A stretch of 32,529 nucleotides of DNA, taken from positions 1 through 32,529 of the IMG/VR virus record IMGVR_UViG_3300036985_007129. One strand, given 5' to 3'. The position numbers and the translations under genes were made by a program. This stretch comes from a virus. Its lineage: Duplodnaviria; Caudoviricetes. Position 1 is the first letter of the stretch. Each line of letters opens with the position of its first letter. This document shows positions 15,129 through 23,293 of the stretch, piece by piece. The notes under the pieces were generated by a model. The model was not told where the DNA came from. It searched no databases and worked only from the letters and a program-made list of their open reading frames with translations.

Positions 15129-15595
15129 CAGATGTACCAGGTGACAACAGGAGCAGTGCCATTGGCGTTCTCGAAGTTGCCTGAGATGGTTGCGTCACCC
15201 ATCTTGTTGTTGCCGAAAGCGAATTGGCTAAACACGACAGTGCCAACAATCTTTGCTTGAGTCGTTGCTGCCGTTCCGGTCCAGAACGCAAGCGACACAG
15301 TGCAAGCCGTGCTAGTTGCGTTTGGATCCATCGTACTAACGAAGAACGACGATGTGTTTGCCGTAGCACCTGAATCAATTGCAAGTGCGCCGCTGACGCT
15401 GCCCGTCATGTCGATGATGCCAAGTCGACGACGCCGGCCTGTGTCACCGAATCCAGTCAGGTCTGTTGAGACGCGTGACAGATTGCAACTGTAATTCGAC
15501 ACCTTGATGAGTGTCTGCAAGTTCGTGGCTGCCGTGCCAGCAATGCCAATGCTCACATCTCCGTCGTTCCCTACAAGGTACGTAGTGACTGCCAT
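15128..15595 (-). CDS. Major tail (tube) protein
   Basis: GNDGDV, DLTGFGDTGRRRRLGIIDMTGSVSG, ATISGNF..NG; AAAGGA RBS; position. Confidence 0.85.
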   Translation of the reverse strand: MAVTTYLVGNDGDVSIGIAGTAATNLQTLIKVSNYSCNLSRVSTDLTGFGDTGRRRRLGIIDMTGSVSGALAIDSGATANTSSFFVSTMDPNATSTACTVSLAFWTGTAATTQAKIVGTVVFSQFAFGNNKMGDATISGNFENANGTAPVVTWYI

Positions 15596-15605
15596 GGTGG
15601 TCCTT

Positions 15606-16022
15606 TCAAAGTTTGAAACTGCTCATGCGGTATCTTTCGATGATCGACCAAGAATCGTCTTGGAATGAGGGAGCCCCGCCACTGACTCGCGTGACAACAA
15701 GCCTGTCCATGTTGCTGATCGTAAATGTTCCGGTGGTCATGGCTGCTTCAAGCAAACCACTCAAAGTATGAAGACCAGCAGTTCCAGTCTTTGCCGTATC
15801 AAAGATGGTGAACTCAACAAGTCCATCGTACTTTTCTTGGTTGCCCATGAAGCGATTGATATCAAACTGCTTCATGCTGTAGACGCAGCATGGAAGAGCA
15901 ACATCGGCTTCTAATCGATCAACAGCAACTCTGTTTGACATCGTGGTCGAAAAACTGCTTCCTGCAATCTTTGCCTTCAGCGAGTCCATCATCATGTTCA
16001 CTGGTGAAAAAACTGCCATCAC
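15606..16022 (-). CDS. Tail terminator/completion protein
   Basis: NRV......ALPCCVYS...VEFTIFD; position before the tube gene. Confidence 0.7.
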   Translation of the reverse strand: MMAVFSPVNMMMDSLKAKIAGSSFSTTMSNRVAVDRLEADVALPCCVYSMKQFDINRFMGNQEKYDGLVEFTIFDTAKTGTAGLHTLSGLLEAAMTTGTFTISNMDRLVVTRVSGGAPSFQDDSWSIIERYRMSSFKL

Positions 16023-16522
16023 TCGCCTCCAGTTCTGAACACGCGCTCAAAGGCAACAGCAAAGATCTTTTCCACGTTGTTCTCAAAGACCTCCATTGAC
16101 GGGCGCAGGTACGGTCGTGCAGCCACTCTGTTGCTGCCGTATTCAAGCACAGGCGCATAGACCACAGAACTGCCGTAGTTCAGAACCACGCGCCCTTCAT
16201 TGGTTGTGATGCTGGCAAATCCATATTTCCACGACCCGAGTTGGTCGGTGATGAAAGAAGCCCTGAGTCTTCCGGTATCAACGGCGGGCGGATACCCGGG
16301 CGCAGACGCACGATGTATGCCTCGAGCTCGAAGGTTGCGCCCTTTGCGTTTCCCCTTGCCAATCCTGTAGAGGCGTCCACTTCCTGCCGTTGACAACTTT
16401 CCGCGGACAAGTCGAGACAGCGCAAGGAAGGAAGCATTCATACCTTCGAGCAGCGCCTTCTCAATCGCCCTTGAGATGCGATCGTATTCAACGTGGTAGA
16501 CAATGTCTTTTTCTTTTGGCAT
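16019..16522 (-). CDS. HK97 gp10-like neck protein
   Basis: HRASAPGYPPAVDTGRLRAS, YAPVLEYGS.RVAARPYLRP. Confidence 0.9.
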   Translation of the reverse strand: MPKEKDIVYHVEYDRISRAIEKALLEGMNASFLALSRLVRGKLSTAGSGRLYRIGKGKRKGRNLRARGIHRASAPGYPPAVDTGRLRASFITDQLGSWKYGFASITTNEGRVVLNYGSSVVYAPVLEYGSNRVAARPYLRPSMEVFENNVEKIFAVAFERVFRTGGE

Positions 16523-16526
16523 AGGA

Positions 16527-16922
16527 TCAAGTAGGCGCGGTGATTGTTGGTGCAACCAATGTGACTTCAACGCTTGTGAAGTTCAATGCTTCATCTGCAT
16601 TCGTGATGCCGAGTTCGCCCGGGTTCACGACGCCTCTGACACGAAACACAGACGTTGCCCCTGTAGTTGCCGTGTAGATTTCATCTTCAATGCGGATGTC
16701 CTGCGCACCAACGAAGTAGATGGTGCCTTGTGTCCTTGTGTTTCCGCGACCTTGAAACGGATCCTCTGCCTGAGTTGACGGCTGAAAGAAACCAGTGAGG
16801 GTGAGGGCCGGCGTGGCAGCCACATATGTCCACAAGGTTGATCCATCAGTCTCTACTGTTGCAACAGGATGAACCACATAGAACGTCCTGCCGAACTTTG
16901 AAACGATCGATGCAATACTCAT
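16527..16922 (-). CDS. Head closure/head-tail adaptor
   Basis: GFFQP, DIRIEDEI, VFRVRGV; position. Confidence 0.75.
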   Translation of the reverse strand: MSIASIVSKFGRTFYVVHPVATVETDGSTLWTYVAATPALTLTGFFQPSTQAEDPFQGRGNTRTQGTIYFVGAQDIRIEDEIYTATTGATSVFRVRGVVNPGELGITNADEALNFTSVEVTLVAPTITAPT

Positions 16923-17734
16923 CGTGCCCTCTTGTAGGTCTGAAGAAGGTCTCTGGCTTCGGCGTCAAACTCACCTGATGAACGGATGGAGTACGAGTAT
17001 CCTCCAAGCGATTCAGAGCCGACGCCCGTATCTCGCTTCCTTCCGTTGTAGATCCTGCTGGCAATCATTGTGGTTGCTTCTTGAATGTCGTACGGAATCT
17101 GCGCATAGCCCGCGGTGTAGTCAATGAACATCGTGCGGTAGCCGTATGTCTGCTTGCCGTAGACAATCCCCGTAGCAAGGTCCACCTGATAGTCATTGAA
17201 ACCACCCATCCATGCGCCGAGATACGCCGTCGATGTCCTCAAGGACATCCCGCTCATCTTGCGCAGATAGACAGATGGAAGATTGATGAGAGAAGTGGCG
17301 CTGAAACCCGTGACCCCATTGATGTGCGTTGCGAGTTCAGCCGTCGTTTTGTGAGTAGCAAAGGAAGGTTCGTTTGCGGTTTCAATTCCTGCGCTGTCTT
17401 TCCTGAACAGCATCAACCCGCTTTCATTCACAGCCACAGTAGTCATCGTGTCTGTCTTGTCAGTTGAGTCAATGGTCAGGGCGTTCTGCCAATCAGTTGC
17501 TACAAGGCGCACGGCGGTCACGGGATTCTGCTTGAGGACAACAGCCCATTGAGAAGTTGTGTCGTGCGTTTCGTAGTACCGGTTCGAGGTGAACGCTCGA
17601 GCGCAATACGACTCGACCGCCTTGCTTGCTCGATCAATGCAACGCTCGAGGACTGTGTCGTCTGTAGTGGACGTGATGCCCATCTGAGACTTGAGTTCAA
17701 CCAGGGTGATCAGGCTTGCCGTGTCGACTGCCAT
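16919..17734 (-). CDS. Head-tail connector (gp6-like) with internal insertion
   Basis: LITLVELKSQMGI...DDTVLERCIDRAS..VESYCARAF; YTAGY..IPYDIQEA; SESLGGYSYS; LLQTYKR. Confidence 0.9.
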   Translation of the reverse strand: MAVDTASLITLVELKSQMGITSTTDDTVLERCIDRASKAVESYCARAFTSNRYYETHDTTSQWAVVLKQNPVTAVRLVATDWQNALTIDSTDKTDTMTTVAVNESGLMLFRKDSAGIETANEPSFATHKTTAELATHINGVTGFSATSLINLPSVYLRKMSGMSLRTSTAYLGAWMGGFNDYQVDLATGIVYGKQTYGYRTMFIDYTAGYAQIPYDIQEATTMIASRIYNGRKRDTGVGSESLGGYSYSIRSSGEFDAEARDLLQTYKRAR

Positions 17735-17957
17735 GAGTTGGCTCCTTGCGTTTCCTCATCGGCTTTGCGTCTGACTCCGAAGAGTCAGTGAAGAGCGGAG
17801 AGGCGGTTGAGATTCTGGAAATGAAGCCGCGCTGCTCGAGCAGCGTCGTCTCCCTTCCATCAAGTGAAACAATGGACCCTGGTCGTAGGTCGCGACGACC
17901 GCGCTTCGGGTCGCTGACGGAGAAGGGACGGCGGACCAACCAGATGTCGTCGTGCAT
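17697..17957 (-). CDS. Small hypothetical protein
   Basis: ATG at 17957; RDLRPGSIVSL....TLLEQRGFI; basic tail. Confidence 0.55.
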   Translation of the reverse strand: MHDDIWLVRRPFSVSDPKRGRRDLRPGSIVSLDGRETTLLEQRGFISRISTASPLFTDSSESDAKPMRKRKEPTHGSRHGKPDHPG

Positions 17958-17999
17958 AAAGTTTGCCCATGCTATTGCATATGCAGTACGGCTGAACGG

Positions 18000-18086
18000 A
18001 GCCCTAGGATCGCCTGCAGGGCGTCCGAACCTGAGCAGCCTCAACACCTAGGCAGCCTCAGGAAACGCCCCTACGGGCTATCGTGG
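18000..18086 (+). repeat. Dispersed non-coding element, copy 2
   Basis: AGCCCTAGGATC, GGGCGTCCGAACC, GAAACGCCCC and TCGTGG at offsets 0/19/62/81 versus 0/19/63/81 in copy 1. Confidence 0.75.
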
Positions 18087-19103
18087 CAGGCTGAACGGCG
18101 GTCTGCCCGCGTCAATGAACTCTGGATGGTATTGGTGATGGGCTTGGAAGTTATCGTCTGGCCAAGTCACGACCAATTGCAGATGCCCGATGCGTACCCG
18201 CGGGCAAAGGCAAACGCGCTTCCCTGCTTGATCGAGCCGCATCCAGAACTTGATGTCCTCGTCAACCTTGCCCTCGCCCCAACTTCCGTCTGAGTCAGGT
18301 GTCGAGTGGAACAATGGCCGTGGGATTCCCTCGAGCGCCGAGAGGCGAATGAGAGTCAGACCAAAGTGCCCGGTGTAGATGTCGACCACATCGGTCTGAA
18401 AGATGTCGTTGGAAACCGTGTTCAGGAATCCGCCCTTGCCGTCTCTGATAGAGCAGAGGTTGTTGACTCTGTCGCGCTGGATCTGCATCGGGACAAGCGC
18501 TGCAATGTCCTTGTTTGCTTCCATGATTTGCCACAAGCGCACAATGTCGTGATGGTCAAACACCGAGTCGTAGTCGACCGTGAGGATGTACTCCATCTTG
18601 TCCTTGATGCCCTGCTCAATCATGCGCTCGAGGCATTGACCCCAGAACACACCGGTTGAGCGCGAAGTCTCAATGCCGAGATGCATACATGCTTCGTGCA
18701 GCACAGACATCGTTGTCGTCCACGCAATCCGTGGGAGCGACATGATTGCTCTGATGTTGCGCATCGGCAACTCAGGCTCAGCCAGTTCATATTTCATAGC
18801 CGTTGCAATCAAGGTTCCAGTCGGCGAGCGCTCGAGGTTCGTCATCATGAACCCTGCAAAGTCCAGAGCTCGCCGCACTTTCGTTTGATTCCAAATCGAC
18901 TTGAAACGGCCATTCTGAAGGACAAGCAATTCTGCTCCTTCTTCGCCGGCCTTGTACGAAGTGACGGCACGATCAAAGTCAGGGACTTCAACCCTGAGCA
19001 ACTCCGATCGCTTCATGCTTGAACCAACCTCCTTGAGGTGTTCAACCGCTTCGTCCGTCTTGAGTTCTGCCAGTTTGAATCCGATGTCTACCGGTTCTGC
19101 CAT
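18078..19103 (-). CDS. GT-A glycosyltransferase-like protein with a degenerate methyltransferase-like N-terminus
   Basis: YILTVDYDSVF (DxD), GHFGLTLIR, DEDIKFW, RIGHL; N-terminal LLRVEVPDF; AAGGAGACACC RBS. Confidence 0.75.
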   Translation of the reverse strand: MAEPVDIGFKLAELKTDEAVEHLKEVGSSMKRSELLRVEVPDFDRAVTSYKAGEEGAELLVLQNGRFKSIWNQTKVRRALDFAGFMMTNLERSPTGTLIATAMKYELAEPELPMRNIRAIMSLPRIAWTTTMSVLHEACMHLGIETSRSTGVFWGQCLERMIEQGIKDKMEYILTVDYDSVFDHHDIVRLWQIMEANKDIAALVPMQIQRDRVNNLCSIRDGKGGFLNTVSNDIFQTDVVDIYTGHFGLTLIRLSALEGIPRPLFHSTPDSDGSWGEGKVDEDIKFWMRLDQAGKRVCLCPRVRIGHLQLVVTWPDDNFQAHHQYHPEFIDAGRPPFSLPR

Positions 19104-19126
19104 GGTGTCTCCTTGCGGTGATGGTA

Positions 19127-19165
19127 GCAAAGCAACCGCGCGACCCCAAAGGAGCCGCGCGGCTG
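19127..19165 (-). terminator. Hairpin/terminator after the capsid and decoration genes
   Basis: 15-bp stem CAGCCGCGCGGCTCC-TTT-GGGGTCGCGCGGTTG with G-U pairs, followed by CTTTG. Confidence 0.6.
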
Positions 19166-19189
19166 TTGAATCAGATTGCTCTGCCGTCC

Positions 19190-19591
19190 TCAGATGTTCA
19201 CAATGTTGGTCGCGTTTGCAAGAGCCGCCGTGACAGGCGCGTCCTTGCTTGCGTTGTACAGAATGCAGGTGAGCACCGGATTCTGAGTTGCAGCCAAAGT
19301 GAAGGTTGGACGGAGATATCGCTTGCGCCCTCGCAAGTCAACATTCCAGATGACCTTTGCAACAGTTGTTGCCGAAGTGACAGTGCTCAGAGTCACGCCA
19401 GTTGAAACGGTTGTGTAGGTGGAGTTGTCGTCCGACTCTTCCAGCAGAGTTGTAGTACCGGCAATTCCACCACTCGTAGACGAGTAAGCAATCAACGTTG
19501 CGTAGGTGTATCCCTTGCAATCGGTCGTGAGTTGAAGTGTCGTCACGCCGGCTCCGCCGAGAGCCGCATTTACTTTGATTTGTGGTCGCAT
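19190..19591 (-). CDS. Putative capsid decoration/cement protein
   Basis: Directly follows MCP; DCKGY, LEESDDNSTY, GRKRYLR pattern. Confidence 0.75.
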   Translation of the reverse strand: MRPQIKVNAALGGAGVTTLQLTTDCKGYTYATLIAYSSTSGGIAGTTTLLEESDDNSTYTTVSTGVTLSTVTSATTVAKVIWNVDLRGRKRYLRPTFTLAATQNPVLTCILYNASKDAPVTAALANATNIVNI

Positions 19592-19610
19592 ATGTGTTGG
19601 ATCCTTTCGA

Positions 19611-20996
19611 TCAGAGGGTCATCTTGATCATGGCACCCGCTGCAGCAGAGCCGCCGACGTTTGCGCAGACGATGTCGAAACGTTGAGAGCCACGGATGAT
19701 GCGCTCATCCTGCTCGAAAGCATTGAGAGCCGAGTCAGAGAAAGCAACCTGCGTTGATCGGCGGTCGCCGAAGTAGGCAGCCTGCTGCATGTCGCCGATG
19801 TACGCATAGACGGCTCCTGCGCCTGACGGTGCAGACAGAAGAACTTGCGTGAACTCAACGGGATATCCGAGGAACGAAGGTCCTGCAACTCCCTTTGCAA
19901 TTTCAGCAGCCGATGCACCGGTTGGAGTGCTGCCGGTCTGGAACATCAAGCGCTCGAAGACGCTGTGATACACCGACTTGTTGCAGAAGATCTTGATGTT
20001 GTTGCGCTGCGCTGCCCAACCCGGCAACTTTGCAAGACCCGCAGCGATTTCAGACAGGAGGACGCCAGATGCTGCAGTCGCTGCTCCGTCAGAGATTTGA
20101 TAGGTAGCATCGGTGAGAGCATTGGCAAGACCAACGATTCCGCCGTAGGTGCTGGTGCCGTCGCCGTTGAATCCTGCGTCGTCTTCCTTGTAGGCAAACG
20201 CGTAGGCAATCTCGCCGGCGATGTCGTCGCCGATGTTGACAACGCTATCCTCGAGAAGCTCGTTGCTGACCGTGGTCAGCGCCATCAACTTCTTGGCAAC
20301 AAGATTGATCTGGTCGAAAGACTGAGTGCTCTCAGTACCAGCGATTGCTTCGCCAACAAAGTAGGCAGTCAAACCCGATGCGCGCTTCGGAATGCGGAGC
20401 GTGTCGCCAGCCATTGGCCACACGCGAGCGTTCTTGCGGAAGACGCCGTACTGCTCGCGCAGCGTGACAAGTTCATTCTCAAACTCGTCAGGGACAAGGA
20501 AACCGCCAGCAACGTTGACGCCTTCGGTATGCGCCTTGCGAATCACGATGCCGTTGTTGGAGCAGAAGTCAGCAGACTTCTTGTGACCCATTGCGCCGAG
20601 GCACCACGAACCGAATCGGAACGCAGTTTCCTTGGACTTCACGTGCTTGAGACGACCGTAAACGCGAGCGTGTTCCCACGCCTTCGGCTCAACGGTCACG
20701 ATGTTCCGAGGCGAGTCGGACATTGCACTAGCGATTGCGCTGCGCACGCTCTTGGTGATTTGGTCTTCAGTCATCTTGGGTTCCTGCATCTTGTCTTCAC
20801 CCATCGGCATTTCAGAGCCAGCCGTCATGAGATGGACGTCAAGCGTTTCAGGGTCAACAGCAACGCCGTCCTTGTCAGTGATCATGAAGTCGCCTTCAAG
20901 CACCAACTTCTTCTGATGCATTGCTCCGGCTTGTCCATGCGTCTTTGCCGCAACGGCAAGCGCATTCTTGAACTGTTCAATCGTGATAGTCTTCAT
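19611..20996 (-). CDS. Major capsid protein, HK97 fold
   Basis: GGFLVPDEF, AYFVGE, KKLMALTTVSNELLEDS, EDDAGFNGDG, FLGYPV, F.QD....RG..RFD; start MKTIT at 20996 after GGAGA. Confidence 0.95.
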   Translation of the reverse strand: MKTITIEQFKNALAVAAKTHGQAGAMHQKKLVLEGDFMITDKDGVAVDPETLDVHLMTAGSEMPMGEDKMQEPKMTEDQITKSVRSAIASAMSDSPRNIVTVEPKAWEHARVYGRLKHVKSKETAFRFGSWCLGAMGHKKSADFCSNNGIVIRKAHTEGVNVAGGFLVPDEFENELVTLREQYGVFRKNARVWPMAGDTLRIPKRASGLTAYFVGEAIAGTESTQSFDQINLVAKKLMALTTVSNELLEDSVVNIGDDIAGEIAYAFAYKEDDAGFNGDGTSTYGGIVGLANALTDATYQISDGAATAASGVLLSEIAAGLAKLPGWAAQRNNIKIFCNKSVYHSVFERLMFQTGSTPTGASAAEIAKGVAGPSFLGYPVEFTQVLLSAPSGAGAVYAYIGDMQQAAYFGDRRSTQVAFSDSALNAFEQDERIIRGSQRFDIVCANVGGSAAAGAMIKMTL

Positions 20997-21058
20997 TGTG
21001 TTTCTCCGTGCGCGTGCTGAACGAGGACTGCTTTCAGGTGTTCCGTGAGGCAGTCCGA

Positions 21059-21721
21059 TCAACCGTAGAGCGCACCACGGCGACGTGCAATCTCTTGCTG
21101 GACGATCGCCTTGACATCAATCGGCGCGACGGCTTTCTGAGTTGAGCCCGCAAACGGAATCTCAACAACGATCGTGGTGCGTTTCGGCATGTCGATATTG
21201 AAGAACCGCTTGACCGCCAGCGGGGACAGGATTCCTTTGCGCACGGCTGTGATCAGCGCGTCAGGATTGCTTTGCAGCGGAGCAAGTGAAATCTCGAGCA
21301 ACTTCCATCGGCTGTAGACGGTGTGCGCCGAGTCGCCGTACTTCTTGCGATCGATGTCAGTTGCCCTGCGCATGCCATTCTGCTCAGACACATAGCCGAC
21401 GCTGATTCCCTTGACGATGCCTTGTCCGACGAGGGCAGCAGCAACATCAGGAAAGAACTCGCCCGTGTAGTTCTCTGGCCGCTTGGCAAAGACGAAGTCT
21501 CCAACGATGTCTCTGTCGCGGCGACGCAACTTGACGGCTTTGCCAACGGGCTTGCCGTAGTCGTGATTCCAGAACAGCACAGGGTTGAGGTCAAACTCCT
21601 TGCTGTTCATGCCGGCGGGGATCAAGACCTCGCCGTCTCGATCAATGGTTTCGGCGGTGATGACTGCGGTGAATCCGCTTGCCGTGCCTTCGATGTTTGC
21701 AGAGAGAGTCTTCTTGATCAT
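21059..21721 (-). CDS. Prohead maturation protease, HK97 family
   Basis: IDRDGEV, NPVLFWNHD, GISVGY, LLEISLAPLQSNPDA. Confidence 0.93.
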   Translation of the reverse strand: MIKKTLSANIEGTASGFTAVITAETIDRDGEVLIPAGMNSKEFDLNPVLFWNHDYGKPVGKAVKLRRRDRDIVGDFVFAKRPENYTGEFFPDVAAALVGQGIVKGISVGYVSEQNGMRRATDIDRKKYGDSAHTVYSRWKLLEISLAPLQSNPDALITAVRKGILSPLAVKRFFNIDMPKRTTIVVEIPFAGSTQKAVAPIDVKAIVQQEIARRRGALYG

Positions 21722-23112
21722 TGCGATTCCTCGTAGGGTCCGTCCTGTGCTGCTGCTTCGGCTTCCATTTCCTTGATCACTGCTTCATAGTCGTCGATGA
21801 GTCTCGGCTGCATGGAACATCGGCAATTCGGGTGGAGCGGAGGACCGTCGATTGCTTCATAGTCCAGGATCATTTCGTTGTCATCTGCGCCCTTCAGAAT
21901 CTCGCCTTGCGCAAAGAACGCATCGTCGATGCCAACGGACGTCTCGCCGAACATTTCAGAAGCAGCCTCGCAGAACTCGCATGGGTCAGGTGCCAGCAAC
22001 CAGGTCTTGCCCTCAACAAGACCGGTTGAACGCCACGCTTCAGACTCTGCTTTGCGGCTTGCCCTGTTGGCTTCTGTGCGCGCAATGGTCAGAGCGCGCG
22101 AGCGTGTTGAGCGCTCTGCGTCGCCTTTCTTTCCTGCCCATTCCATCACGCGAGAAGAGAGTTGCTGCGCCGTCTCGCCTGCTTGAATGCCTTCGCCGAG
22201 CAAGGTCTTGACCTTCACGGCTGTGTACTGCTTCACGCCGCGGGCAATGCCTCGAGCAAGCCTCACCGATTCTGACTTGACGTAGGCGTCAAGGTTTGCC
22301 GTCTGCGGGTTGAAGTCAGGGACAGACGAAGCCAGTTTCTTGATGGTTTCAAAGCCGAGCGTGATGCCCTGCTGTAGCGAGCGCTGCAAGTACGGACGCA
22401 TGGCCTCAACGAGTTGCCTGTCCCACTTCGAGCTCATGAGCATTTGCTCAACCTCGAGCGTCAACTCAGGTGTTGGGACAATTGACGCATTCAACTTCTT
22501 CATGACTGCATCAATCTGCTTGCGAAGAATCTTGTCAACCGCCTTTCCGATTGCCGTCTCGTCTTTCGTGATGTTGTCAAACTCGTTTGCTGCCGTGCTT
22601 GCTGACGGCTTTCGTGCTGCTTTGCAGACCATCGAATCATAAGACCACATGTTTTTGTGAGACACAACGCGTGTTGATTCGCAGCCGCATCCGCACGAAG
22701 CGCTCTTGGTTCGGCGGACTGGCTTGACCTTTGCCAACTTGGGATCGCTCGAGGATGCGTACATGGAGGAGAGAATGTCGTTCATCTCTGCCTCCGACTC
22801 ATTGCCCTTTGCGTCGCGCAACGTGAAGAATTGCCGCCGCTCGAGTCGGCTGTTTGGATTCTCCGTGCGAGTAGAAACCTCGGTATATCCCATTGCCGCC
22901 AGACCTGCGCTGAACTGGTCCACAGTCATCCGTCGAGGATTTGCGGGTATTGCGGCATCGTGCTTCTTCGGAGCGCTCAGGGACGGGCTAGGTGGCTTCA
23001 CGTCGGCGGTAGCACTTCCTCCGTCTCCGCCGCCGCCGCAAGAATTGCCGGGCTTGAAGCCACCCGCTCCACTCCCACAGTCCTTCTGCAAGTCGACAAA
23101 GTTGTCATTCAT
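21718..23112 (-). CDS. Head morphogenesis protein, MuF/SPP1 gp7 family, with N-terminal extension
   Basis: RALTIARTEANRA, KTWL...DPCEFC, PPLHPNCRC. Confidence 0.9.
   Translation of the reverse strand: MNDNFVDLQKDCGSGAGGFKPGNSCGGGGDGGSATADVKPPSPSLSAPKKHDAAIPANPRRMTVDQFSAGLAAMGYTEVSTRTENPNSRLERRQFFTLRDAKGNESEAEMNDILSSMYASSSDPKLAKVKPVRRTKSASCGCGCESTRVVSHKNMWSYDSMVCKAARKPSASTAANEFDNITKDETAIGKAVDKILRKQIDAVMKKLNASIVPTPELTLEVEQMLMSSKWDRQLVEAMRPYLQRSLQQGITLGFETIKKLASSVPDFNPQTANLDAYVKSESVRLARGIARGVKQYTAVKVKTLLGEGIQAGETAQQLSSRVMEWAGKKGDAERSTRSRALTIARTEANRASRKAESEAWRSTGLVEGKTWLLAPDPCEFCEAASEMFGETSVGIDDAFFAQGEILKGADDNEMILDYEAIDGPPLHPNCRCSMQPRLIDDYEAVIKEMEAEAAAQDGPYEESQ
23017..23085 (-). repeat. Peptide repeat KDCGSGAGGFKPGNSCGGGGDGG at the MuF N-terminus
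   Basis: 22/23 aa identical to 24421..24489. Confidence 0.95.
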
Positions 23113-23293
23113 CTTTCTTTACCTTTGATTGAGCAAGCACGATGTCGTATGCCTCATCAGGATCCATGCCATCCGCCATCAGCCGAGCCAGTTCGCGCAG
23201 TGCAACATCGTTGTTGAGGTTGCTCAGGAAACGCTCTTCGGCTCCGGGTAGAGATTCGTCTTCAATATCTGGTGGATTGAATTGCTTTGCCAT
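23105..23293 (-). CDS. Small acidic protein, 62 aa
   Basis: GGAGA RBS, TAATG overlap with the portal stop. Confidence 0.75.
   Translation of the reverse strand: MAKQFNPPDIEDESLPGAEERFLSNLNNDVALRELARLMADGMDPDEAYDIVLAQSKVKKDE

Noticed and set aside
19845-21020. 391-aa plus-strand ORF, and other long plus-strand ORFs such as 1650..2534 and 4967..5770
   Set aside because: Antisense shadows of well-supported minus-strand genes, with no motifs or RBS
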